DNA of 64,000 bases from a virus (lineage: Duplodnaviria; Caudoviricetes), in the IMG/VR virus record IMGVR_UViG_3300017766_004544, positions 18,230 to 82,229 of that record, one strand, 5' to 3'. Under the pieces are notes generated by a model. That model saw only the letters and a list, made by a program, of their open reading frames with translations, was not told where the DNA came from and did not search any database. Shown here piece after piece: positions 56,181 through 64,000 of the stretch (within the stretch, counting starts at the first letter, position 1; each line of letters begins with the position of its first letter). A program made the position numbers and the translations under genes.

Positions 56181-56250
56181 GCCCCTGCCTGATCCTCAGG
56201 TGGGGGCTTTTTGCGTGCACTCGTTCAGCAGTGCATTGCCGTTGCCTGAC
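56181..56250 (+). promoter_or_regulatory. Early cassette R10
   Basis: GCCCCTGCCTGA/TCAGGTGGGGGC + T5, 18 nt, CAGCAGTGCAT at 56226, GCCTGAC. Confidence 0.85.
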
Positions 56251-56255
56251 TTCGC

Positions 56256-56873
56256 ATGAATGCTCTTGTTCCTGTTGACGACCCCTTCTACCTGGATGAC
56301 ATCAACGATCCCCTCGCCGCCGCCATCACCAAGCGACCCCCTACTGCCAAGTTCATCCGGCTTGGCATCAACCTGGTCGGCCAGCTGTACGAGTACGGCG
56401 AGTCCCACGCCGCGCCCAAGCGCGTCCTCTCGGGCCCCGACGACGGCCTGAACTTCCTCGGTGTCCACGACATCCGGGCCTGCGAGCGGCAGGGCGATCG
56501 CCGCAAGCTCTACCTGGACGTCACCCTCGGCTCCCCCCACCCCTACCACCTCTTCGTCCTCTCGCTGCCGGTCTTCAACTACAGCCCCGACCGCAGCTCC
56601 TGGCCGGTGCGCACCCTGCTCGGGTCGCTCGCCATGGCTGACAGAATGCTTGACATGCGAGCCATGGCAGGCACAATCTGTGCGCGGCGGGGCACCAAGC
56701 CCAACGCTTACGGCCACGTTGCCAACTTCATCGACCTCTTCGTCTACGGCGAACAGGGCGGCGAAGCACCGGCGCGGGTCTCGTCAGAAGCCATCGACCC
56801 TGACCGCCACACCTTGGAGGTCACCGTCGATCGCCTGCGTCGCTCCCTTGACCTCGAGCCCCAGTTCCCGTGA
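56256..56873 (+). CDS. Hypothetical protein
   Basis: 205 aa after R10. Confidence 0.65.
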   Translation: MNALVPVDDPFYLDDINDPLAAAITKRPPTAKFIRLGINLVGQLYEYGESHAAPKRVLSGPDDGLNFLGVHDIRACERQGDRRKLYLDVTLGSPHPYHLFVLSLPVFNYSPDRSSWPVRTLLGSLAMADRMLDMRAMAGTICARRGTKPNAYGHVANFIDLFVYGEQGGEAPARVSSEAIDPDRHTLEVTVDRLRRSLDLEPQFP

Positions 56874-57463
56874 CCGCAACCCCCGAAATCCCGGACAGCA
56901 TCTCGCCCGAGATGCTCGACACCCTGCTGCGTGGGCGCAACCCGCTGCCCATCAGTCAGGTCGTCCCAGCCCTGGACTTCGGGGGCGAAATCGGCGCGCC
57001 CTGCGACCTTCAGTTTGCAATCTGCCAACTGATCGAGCGCTCCAGCAATGGCACCAACATCATCCAGATGTTGGTCGCGGCCATGCACCTGCTGACCGAC
57101 GTCGAATGCCATTTCGAGAAGCACCTCAACTCCCTGGCCCTGGAAGACGAGCCCTACGACCAGCTCCCCGCAGCTGATCAGCAGGCACTGGGACGCGTGA
57201 TGCGCGGCCACACCATGGGCCTCAAGGTCGCTGTCAAGCACCTCGAGGACGTGCTCACCCAGGTGGGCTACCCCTACTACAGCCAGCGCGCGCAGGCACT
57301 CATCGAGGACCGCTTCAAAGACAAGCGTGTCCTGATGCGTGATTTCCGCAGTCACCTCCTCATCTCTGACGAGCTCCTCGACTCCCTGGACGTCGAGCGC
57401 AGCGCTGTCACCACCTACCTCGACCACATCACCGATCACCCAAACGATTCTTCTGAACTATGA
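56870..57463 (+). CDS. Hypothetical protein
   Basis: GTGA coupling. Confidence 0.6.
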   Translation: MTATPEIPDSISPEMLDTLLRGRNPLPISQVVPALDFGGEIGAPCDLQFAICQLIERSSNGTNIIQMLVAAMHLLTDVECHFEKHLNSLALEDEPYDQLPAADQQALGRVMRGHTMGLKVAVKHLEDVLTQVGYPYYSQRAQALIEDRFKDKRVLMRDFRSHLLISDELLDSLDVERSAVTTYLDHITDHPNDSSEL

Positions 57464-58485
57464 CCGCCACCATCACCACAGCACTCCACGCCACCGCCAC
57501 CTCGACCAGCAAGCTCACGGCCGCTGATCGCTCCCTGTTCAAGGGCACAGCCGCAGAAGTCCAGCCCTGGATGAGCGACACCGAGATCCTTGCCTCGATC
57601 GGCTGCAACTTCAATGTTGTACGTACACCCGCCGTACATGCCGGGCGCTCCTACCCCGACTGCCAGCTCTGGCTGCGCGATGACAACCAGGACCTCCTCG
57701 GCTTCTTTGGCGCCAAGCGGCAGGCCATCCAGCCTTCCACCTTCATCGATTACTTCCGCGCTTTCTGCGACGCCTCCGATAAGGCCATCTCCCTCGACGT
57801 GGTCGGCGCTTACAACAAGGGCCGCAGCCTCTACATGGCCGCCAAGCTCAGCGGCAACAACGGCGAGTTACTCCAAGCCGAAGGAGGGCTGGGCATCAGC
57901 CGCACCGGTCACTCCGCCTATATCAACAAAGAAGACCGCACCGACCACTGGCTGGTCCTGAGCGAGTCCTTCGGCGAGGCACTACGCCCCCGCGTCTCAG
58001 TCATCGCCAATGAGCTGGTCTGCACCAACGGCCTGGCCCGCAAGGTCACCGAATGCGAAGTCAAGCTCAGCCACACCCAGGCCATGAGCGCGGACATTGT
58101 CCATGCCGTCCTGGGTCATGCCGTCCGGCAGTGCAAGGCCTACGACCGCATGAAGGAGCGCATGATCGCGACCGAGATCTCTATGGATACCGCCCGCGCT
58201 GCTCTGCGTACCTACTTCGCTGACCCCGAGGGCCAAGGCCGCCTGGCCCAGCGGCTCGAGCAGATCTACACCAGCGATCTGATTGGCGGCGAGCTCGATA
58301 CCCGCACCGGCAATGCCTGGCGCCTGGCCTCGGCCGTCACCCAGTACACCTCCCACGAGAAGGTGCGCAACGACGCCAAAGCCTTCCGCTCCCAGCTCGA
58401 AGGCGCCCGAGCCCGTACCGCCAGCGGCTTCCTGGCCTTCCTCGAGAACCAGTTCCTCGAGCACCGCGAACTCGTCGCTGCCTGA
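57460..58485 (+). CDS. DUF932/DUF945-like phage protein
   Basis: QAIQP...GAYNKG...RPRVSVIANELVCTNGL...SHT...GNAWRLASAVTQY. Confidence 0.75.
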   Translation: MTATITTALHATATSTSKLTAADRSLFKGTAAEVQPWMSDTEILASIGCNFNVVRTPAVHAGRSYPDCQLWLRDDNQDLLGFFGAKRQAIQPSTFIDYFRAFCDASDKAISLDVVGAYNKGRSLYMAAKLSGNNGELLQAEGGLGISRTGHSAYINKEDRTDHWLVLSESFGEALRPRVSVIANELVCTNGLARKVTECEVKLSHTQAMSADIVHAVLGHAVRQCKAYDRMKERMIATEISMDTARAALRTYFADPEGQGRLAQRLEQIYTSDLIGGELDTRTGNAWRLASAVTQYTSHEKVRNDAKAFRSQLEGARARTASGFLAFLENQFLEHRELVAA

Positions 58486-58495
58486 TCTGCGCCCC

Positions 58496-58530
58496 TCGCC
58501 TCACGCCTGTGGGGCGATCTCCTCTTCTTT
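58496..58530 (+). terminator. Hairpin of the early family
   Basis: TCGCCTCAC/GTGGGGCGA + pyrimidine tract. Confidence 0.55.
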
Positions 58531-58538
58531 CGCATCTC

Positions 58539-58733
58539 ATGCTCACCCTCCAACAACTCACACCCGCCCAGCAGCAGCGCTTCCTCGATTGCGCCGCTGA
58601 GAAGAACACGCCCGTCGATGTCCTCCTCGAAGACTTCCGCCCTGATCCCTTCATGGACGGGGCCATCACCGGGACTTTGCCCTGGTGCGGGCTTTACGGA
58701 CTCATCGAAGCCAACGGCCGCTCCCACACCTGA
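58539..58733 (+). CDS. Hypothetical protein
   Basis: LPWCGLYGLIEANGRSHT. Confidence 0.5.
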   Translation: MLTLQQLTPAQQQRFLDCAAEKNTPVDVLLEDFRPDPFMDGAITGTLPWCGLYGLIEANGRSHT

Positions 58734-58737
58734 GGCC

Positions 58738-58947
58738 ATGACCGACCGCCACTTCATCACTGATGCAGACATCCATGACTACTCCATCTATGTCGCCAAG
58801 CTTGCCGCCGTTGCCACCCCGGGTGATCCGCCGCCGTCGCGTTTCCGTACCCGCTTCCTCTGGGCGCACGGCGCGCTGCCGCCTGATCAGCTCGTCCACG
58901 ATCAAAACGCCGAAGCGTTCTGTAGGGCACAAGCGCAGGCTGCTTGA
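58738..58947 (+). CDS. Hypothetical protein
   Basis: Small ORF. Confidence 0.4.
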   Translation: MTDRHFITDADIHDYSIYVAKLAAVATPGDPPPSRFRTRFLWAHGALPPDQLVHDQNAEAFCRAQAQAA

Positions 58948-59162
58948 AATGGCAGTCCTCATCGGCTGCACGCTAATCCTCGCTGGCACCCCCTGGCCCA
59001 CGGTGCAATCACCACAGGGCAACTACGCCAATGGGCTGACAACCGGCCCCTGACTCAATCGCTCCCTACGCAAAGTGTCAGAAACTGACAACCCCGTCGT
59101 CTGACATCAGGCTCCGCAACCCCTAGGGGTCCGTCGATCTGACCCAACTCCAGACATCTGTC

Positions 59163-59375
59163 GTGCTTTATCTCACTCCGCTCCTCAAGGCCAAGCACCG
59201 CATCGAACGCTTTGCTTCGATATCACGCCGCATCGTGGATACCAGCAAGCGTCATCCCTGGCTTTCGATCCCGCTGCTGCCGCCCCATCTCCTGGTGCGG
59301 TGGCTGTCTCGGCGTGAGTACGACAGGCTCAACGACCTGGGCTATCCGCTGACCCGTCAACGCACCAGGGTCTGA
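59163..59375 (+). CDS. Hypothetical basic protein
   Basis: Small ORF. Confidence 0.4.
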   Translation: MLYLTPLLKAKHRIERFASISRRIVDTSKRHPWLSIPLLPPHLLVRWLSRREYDRLNDLGYPLTRQRTRV

Positions 59376-59382
59376 GCAAGCC

Positions 59383-59775
59383 ATGGCCATGCACTGCCGC
59401 ACCTGCAATTCCAAGCAGACCCGTGTCACCTGCACGGAGATCTACCCCGACCATCAACGTAGGTATATCCGCTGCTTCGACTGTGACACCCGGTTCATCA
59501 CCAAGGAGTGCTACATCAAGCCCAAGCCAGGCCCCAAGCGAGGCGCTACCCGGCGCAACATCAACTACGCCCTCAAAGGCGAAAGCAACCCGCTGGCGAT
59601 CCTGCAGGACAAGGATGTCTATGCCATCCGGCAGGCCTACGACCAGGGCCTGACCTACATGCAGATCAAGAGCCGCTTTGGCATTGCCTCGAGCACGTAC
59701 TACCGCATCGGCAAGCGCACGTCCTGGTCCCATCTACCTGAGCGAGAGCAATGGCAACCATCGACCTCCTTCTAG
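59383..59775 (+). CDS. Zinc-ribbon + HTH regulator-like protein
   Basis: CRTC...TRV...RRYIRCFDCDTRFITKE (NrdR/Ogr-like) plus KGESNPLAIL...IRQAY...IKSRFGIASST. Confidence 0.65.
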   Translation: MAMHCRTCNSKQTRVTCTEIYPDHQRRYIRCFDCDTRFITKECYIKPKPGPKRGATRRNINYALKGESNPLAILQDKDVYAIRQAYDQGLTYMQIKSRFGIASSTYYRIGKRTSWSHLPEREQWQPSTSF

Positions 59776-59901
59776 ATCAGGCCATCACGGTCCTGCTTCC
59801 CAACGGCGGCCGGCTTGTCTTGACTCACAACGCAGACGCCACGCGCCTGGAGCACTGGCACGACGACACCCTCGCCTCACAACACTCACTTCCACCTCAC
59901 C

Positions 59902-60078
59902 ATGCTCATCACTCAAGCCCCCACCCGCCGCAACACCAGCGTGAGCAAGAGGGTCACGATCTCTCTCAACCCGACGCTATTCACCCTCCTGCAGATGCGC
60001 AGTGACCAGGAAGGGCGCTCCCTGTCCAACCTCTGTGCCTACTTGCTCGAGAACGCCATAAGCGAGCAGGGCGCCTAA
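59902..60078 (+). CDS. Ribbon-helix-helix protein (58 aa, not in track)
   Basis: Translated by hand: KRVTISLNPTLFTLLQMRSDQEGRSLSNLCAYLLE. Confidence 0.7.
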   Translation: MLITQAPTRRNTSVSKRVTISLNPTLFTLLQMRSDQEGRSLSNLCAYLLENAISEQGA

Positions 60079-60107
60079 ACGATTGTCCGACCACCAACCC
60101 ACCCTCC

Positions 60108-60139
60108 GGCCGTCTCGCATCGTGCGGGGCGGCCTTTTT
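60108..60139 (+). terminator. Intrinsic terminator
   Basis: GGCCGTCTCGCA/TGCGGGGCGGCC + T5. Confidence 0.75.
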
Positions 60140-60407
60140 GCATGCACCTCAACAACTGTGCATGTTCCCCAGACCCTCAGCCGTTCACCTCCGGCTCTCG
60201 CCACCGCAGGCCGAAACCCTGTACTTCGAGTTACTGGGCCTTCTGGCGCACTACCGCGAGTCCAACACCTGCGTTGAGCCCAACGAAGAGCGCGCCCTGC
60301 TCAGCTCGATCACCCAATTGGAACTCGGTATTCAGCGGGCACAGGCCGTAGCCGAGACCCAGCTTCAGCACATGCGCGCCGCCGCTCTTCGCCAGGAGGG
60401 CGCATGA
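60138..60407 (+). CDS. Hypothetical protein
   Basis: Coupled to the next gene. Confidence 0.5.
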   Translation: MHAPQQLCMFPRPSAVHLRLSPPQAETLYFELLGLLAHYRESNTCVEPNEERALLSSITQLELGIQRAQAVAETQLQHMRAAALRQEGA

Positions 60408-61189
60408 CCCTGTCAGATCAACTGCTCCGGTTCGGGCATGGCAACGCCAAGCTGCCCAACACCACCATGACGTTTGCCTTGCCCGCTGGCTTCACCTGCC
60501 CGGGCGCTCTGCTCTGCCTGTCCAAGGCTGACCCGGTGACCGGCAGGATCACCGATGGCGAGCACACTCTGTTTCGCTGCTCCGCCGCCAGCGAGGAAAC
60601 CCGGCCTTCGGTCCGCAAGGCGCGCCACCACAACTGGTCACTGCTGCGCGGTCTCAACACTGGCGCCATGGCCGATCTCCTGGATCTGTCCCTACGCGCC
60701 CAGGTCCGCAGCTACACCGAACGCGTCCGCTGGTTCACCTCCGGCGATTGCTACAACGACCAGCTGCGTGATGCCCTGATCGAGACCGCCCAACGCCATA
60801 GCGGCCTGCAGTTCTACCTGTACAGCAAGAACCTGCCGCTCTGGCTGGATCGCGGCGTACTGCGCCCCTTGCCCAGCAACATGACCATGACCGCCTCCTG
60901 GGGCGGGCGCTACGACTTCCTCCTGGCAGACGGTCTGTTTCCCAGGACGGCAAGGGTTGTCAATACGCAAGAAGAGGCATACGCTCTGGGCCTGGCCGTC
61001 GACTTCACCGACGCGCTGGCCTACCAATCAATACCAACTCATTTCGCACACCTAGTTCATGGCACCCAGCCCAAGCACTCCGCAGCCGGTCAAGCCATCC
61101 AGCAGCGCCGCGCCCAAGGCCAGTTCTCCGGCTACTCACGCAGCGGCCATTCCCATGCTCGTCCACTACCCGTCCCTGCCGGTCAATGA
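60404..61189 (+). CDS. GP88-like protein
   Basis: GNAKL...FALPAGFTCPGALLC...VRWFTSGD...FYLYSK...PSNMTMTASWGG. Confidence 0.7.
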   Translation: MTLSDQLLRFGHGNAKLPNTTMTFALPAGFTCPGALLCLSKADPVTGRITDGEHTLFRCSAASEETRPSVRKARHHNWSLLRGLNTGAMADLLDLSLRAQVRSYTERVRWFTSGDCYNDQLRDALIETAQRHSGLQFYLYSKNLPLWLDRGVLRPLPSNMTMTASWGGRYDFLLADGLFPRTARVVNTQEEAYALGLAVDFTDALAYQSIPTHFAHLVHGTQPKHSAAGQAIQQRRAQGQFSGYSRSGHSHARPLPVPAGQ

Positions 61190-61547
61190 CGTCTACTTCC
61201 CCCTCCACAACGGGGCCCAACTTCGTGACCTCATCAAGACCTGCGCAGACAATGACATCGAGTACAGGCTGCTCTACGACCACGGCCGCAAGTTCCACTA
61301 CACCCCGGACTGCCGTCGCACTGCCCGCTGACCTCAAGATTCAGCGCAGCGAACTCCTGGCCTTCGGGGCGCTTCTGCCCCATGAGGCCGGTGGGCTGCT
61401 GCTGGGTTCCTACTCGCCCAGCCGGATTCTCAATCTCCGCACGGGCCGCCAGTGGTCAGCCTGGCAGTGGCAGGAAGTCTTGCGTTCCCATTACGAGCAG
61501 ATGACCGGACCATCCGCTACCTCGGATCCAGGCGCCACCCCAGCTCA

Positions 61548-61727
61548 ATGAACCCTGACGACCTCGATGTCGAGTACTACATCGACTCCCACGGGCACGA
61601 CTGCTATCGCATCTGTATCCCAGATGGGCCATGCTCGATCGTCTCATCCGCTCACCTAATTGACGAGCGCAAGGCACAGCTTCTCCGCATGTACCCGCAA
61701 TGCCTCCCATCGTCACCTTCGGACTGA
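61548..61727 (+). CDS. Hypothetical protein
   Basis: ATGA coupling to the upstream small ORF. Confidence 0.45.
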   Translation: MNPDDLDVEYYIDSHGHDCYRICIPDGPCSIVSSAHLIDERKAQLLRMYPQCLPSSPSD

Positions 61728-61936
61728 CCTGGCTACTCGGCATCCTTGCCGTCACGATCTACCTCACCCAGTTCTCATGAAACGCTCTGCCTTCTTTGCC
61801 CTGGCGCTGGGCATCACCCTTGGCGCGTTGGCACGCTGGGCAACCACCCCCAACCGCGCCACTCAGCCCCGCTAACAAATCACCCACTGCCACTCGCAGT
61901 AACCGCAACAACGCATCAGCAGACTCAACCGCACCA

Positions 61937-62200
61937 ATGGTTAGCTATCTCACCAGGAAGATGTCTGACAAAGACTTCTATCTGTCTCAGGCATCGAGGC
62001 CCAGGCCTGCGACTGCCTACAGCAAGTACCGAGGCGTCAGCAAGGGCAACAAGGGCTTGTATCGAGCCACGCTCACATACAAGGGACGGCGCTACTACCT
62101 CGGCAACCATGCCAGTGAGATCGAAGCAGCTCACGCCTACAACAAGGCAGCACTCGCAATCATTGGCGAGCACGCCATCATCAATAACATCCCCGAATGA
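61937..62200 (+). CDS. Stand-alone AP2 DNA-binding domain protein
   Basis: SKYRGVSK...YRA...RRYYLG...EIEAAHAYNKAA. Confidence 0.85.
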   Translation: MVSYLTRKMSDKDFYLSQASRPRPATAYSKYRGVSKGNKGLYRATLTYKGRRYYLGNHASEIEAAHAYNKAALAIIGEHAIINNIPE

Positions 62201-62511
62201 CCGACTACACAGCAACCCCCGAGCAGTGGGCCCTGCTTGAAGAGCAGAGTGCCCCTGAGTACGACAGCACTATCCTCGAACTCCGCACCCGCGTTGAAGC
62301 CCTGGAAGCTGCTAACTCCAAACCAACTCCTAATCCAAGCCAAATTAGGAGTTCGCTGGTTGACCGGGTGGCCCGTGCAATCGGCCGAGACGACGAGCCC
62401 ATCAACTGGGAGCCAGAAGCCCGCGCTGCTCTTCTCGAAGTGCTGGCCTGGCTTAAGGAAGGCGAGCACACATGGGCTTCGCTGAAGCTGGAGCAGGAGG
62501 TCGAACGATGA
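62197..62511 (+). CDS. Hypothetical protein
   Basis: MTDYTATPEQW...ILELRTRVEALE. Confidence 0.6.
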   Translation: MTDYTATPEQWALLEEQSAPEYDSTILELRTRVEALEAANSKPTPNPSQIRSSLVDRVARAIGRDDEPINWEPEARAALLEVLAWLKEGEHTWASLKLEQEVER

Positions 62512-62690
62512 CCGACTTTCACCCCGCACCATTCCAAGACTTCTCCACCGAGCTACGCGATCCGTGGCCTGTTGTGGAGCGGCTACGCATGGCACTGCGC
62601 GAGGCCGAGCGCTACTGCCTTGGCGCTGAAAACACAACTGGTCACTGCATCGCATCCCTTCTTGAAGTCCTGCCCAACGAAGATGACTAA
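62508..62690 (+). CDS. Hypothetical protein
   Basis: Coupled run. Confidence 0.5.
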   Translation: MTDFHPAPFQDFSTELRDPWPVVERLRMALREAERYCLGAENTTGHCIASLLEVLPNEDD

Positions 62691-62964
62691 TCAACGCCTT
62701 ATTTCGCCGCCCGCTGAAATCATCCGCCAATGGGAAGCCGAATGGGACGCCAACGGTGCCGCCCCTTGCGACAAGGCCCTCTACATCGCCGCAAAGGCTG
62801 CAACATGGGGCGCAAAGTCTGCCATTGAGTGCGCCCTCAAGGACACCGCTTCATGTCACTGGCGTGTTGCCGATGGCCCCGAAGACGGAGTGCAGCTTGT
62901 GCGAGCCAGTGATTTGATGGCTTGGGCTGCTGCCATTGGCAAGCGTTACGAGGTGGAGCAATGA
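62683..62964 (+). CDS. Paralogous family member (PP..i.QW...AA.WGA)
   Basis: ISPPAEIIRQW...KAATWGA. Confidence 0.6.
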   Translation: MTNQRLISPPAEIIRQWEAEWDANGAAPCDKALYIAAKAATWGAKSAIECALKDTASCHWRVADGPEDGVQLVRASDLMAWAAAIGKRYEVEQ

Positions 62965-63323
62965 CCCACCCCCTCACACCACCGCCGAAGCTGGTGCAGC
63001 AGTGGGGGCACGACGCCAACCTTTCAGGCGTGCCACACAACGATGAACACTGGGCGTACGAACAGCACATCGCCAACCGAGCCGCCCAATGGGGCGCCGA
63101 CCAACAACTTGCAAAAGATGCAGAGTGGCTAAATCACAATGCCCTGAACCAACCGCATCTGCGGATTGCCCCAGTGGGTGAATCGTTGAAAGAAGCAATG
63201 CGCCACAAGCCGCTGAGTTTGAAGGAGCAGGCGATGGAGACACTCAAGTATCCAAAAGATCTATGGAGTGAATCCGAGGTAGATACCATCCGACGCGCCT
63301 TGGAGGCCCTGCCCGATGACTGA
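62961..63323 (+). CDS. Paralogous family member
   Basis: HPLTPPPKLVQQW...AAQWGADQQL. Confidence 0.65.
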   Translation: MTHPLTPPPKLVQQWGHDANLSGVPHNDEHWAYEQHIANRAAQWGADQQLAKDAEWLNHNALNQPHLRIAPVGESLKEAMRHKPLSLKEQAMETLKYPKDLWSESEVDTIRRALEALPDD

Positions 63324-63603
63324 CCCCACCCCCACCGACTGGCGAGCGCTGTGCGCCCGCATGGGTGATGAGCTGGATCATTACCGAATTGGGAAGGAAG
63401 GCTATGACAGAAGCCACCCTTTGGCGGCTGAAGCCCGCGCCGCCCTAACCCAGCCCGCGCCGCAGGGGCCGAGCGATGAGGAGCTGTACGACTACTGGAT
63501 CGATACCTCTCCAGAGTTTGGTTGTGCTGATTCTGTTGGGTTTGCCCGCGCCGTCCTCGCCCGCTATGGCACCCCCACTATCCAGGAGGACTACAACCGA
63601 TGA
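63316..63603 (+). CDS. Hypothetical protein
   Basis: TDWRALCA...PSDEEL...FARAVLARYG. Confidence 0.6.
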   Translation: MTDPTPTDWRALCARMGDELDHYRIGKEGYDRSHPLAAEARAALTQPAPQGPSDEELYDYWIDTSPEFGCADSVGFARAVLARYGTPTIQEDYNR

Positions 63604-63758
63604 AAAGCCTTGACGACTACACCGCAATCGGAGCAGCTGTCTTACTGCTGCTGATCATGATTGCTGGGGCTTGGTGGTGGCTGCCCCAAAAATGGCAAGC
63701 CTGCCAAAAGCTCTACGACAACAAGCCGGCGCAGATCTTCTGCCTGGGCTCTAAGTGA
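63600..63758 (+). CDS. Small membrane protein (not in track)
   Basis: IGAAVLLLLIMIAGAWWWLP; ATGA coupling. Confidence 0.5.
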   Translation: MKSLDDYTAIGAAVLLLLIMIAGAWWWLPQKWQACQKLYDNKPAQIFCLGSK

Positions 63759-63767
63759 GGAGAACTA

Positions 63768-64000
63768 ATGACTGACCACCCCATCACCCCACCGCCGGAG
63801 CTGGTGCAGCAGTGGAATGAAGAAGCCGTAGGCACTCATTTTCTGCCTTACGGCTATTCGCAGTTCATCGCCACCCGCGCCGCCCAATGGGGCGCCGACC
63901 AAGAGCTGGAGGCGTGCCTAAGGCTGGTTGAGATTGACGCAGGTGAGGATGCTTATGACTTTGCTCGCTACATCCGCGCCGCCCGCCGCCCCAAGCCGCC
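63768..64000 (+). CDS. Paralogous family member, truncated by the window end
   Basis: MTDHPITPPPELVQQW...AAQWGADQELEAC. Confidence 0.65.
   Translation, partial: MTDHPITPPPELVQQWNEEAVGTHFLPYGYSQFIATRAAQWGADQELEACLRLVEIDAGEDAYDFARYIRAARRPKP

Noticed and set aside
46312-56250. Repeated elements as a CRISPR array
   Set aside because: Spacing is irregular (hundreds to thousands of nt), the intervals are protein-coding and no cas genes are seen.
46312-56250. Repeats as integron attC sites
   Set aside because: No consistent RYYYAAC/GTTRRRY boxes, the hairpins carry terminator-like T tracts, and neither recombinase shows a recognisable IntI insertion.

Overview
GC-rich (about 60-65% by eye) segment of a temperate dsDNA tailed phage. 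No host housekeeping genes or prophage boundary are visible. The host is inferred to be a picocyanobacterium, from NblA-like, CP12-like, THR-type ThyX and cyanobacterial-type integrase genes. Layout: (1) 1-9.4 kb, nucleotide metabolism (dCMP deaminase, ThyX, dATP/dGTP diphosphohydrolase-like, Dam-like protein lacking NPPY), HNH-type nucleases, a peptidoglycan hydrolase and nblA. (2) 9.1-12.3 kb, integration module: Xis-like HTH, two divergent tyrosine recombinases, an attP-like 47-bp tRNA-Pro(GGG) 3' half, CTTGCCTA arm-type repeats and a terminator. (3) 12.5-45.5 kb, mostly minus-strand morphogenesis region (TerS candidate, TerL, portal, scaffold, endolysin, capsid, tail fibres). (4) About 0.8 kb non-coding, then 46.3-64 kb of small plus-strand early-type ORFs punctuated by a repeated hairpin + CAGCAGTGCAT cassette. 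The best-supported novelty is a 1197-nt group I intron splitting the major capsid gene (spliced product 380 aa). Its LAGLIDADG endonuclease lies antisense in loop L8, and the reverse complement of the ribozyme's P7 3' strand matches the TAGANT motif found upstream of many structural genes. All family assignments come from motif recognition by eye; no searches were run.
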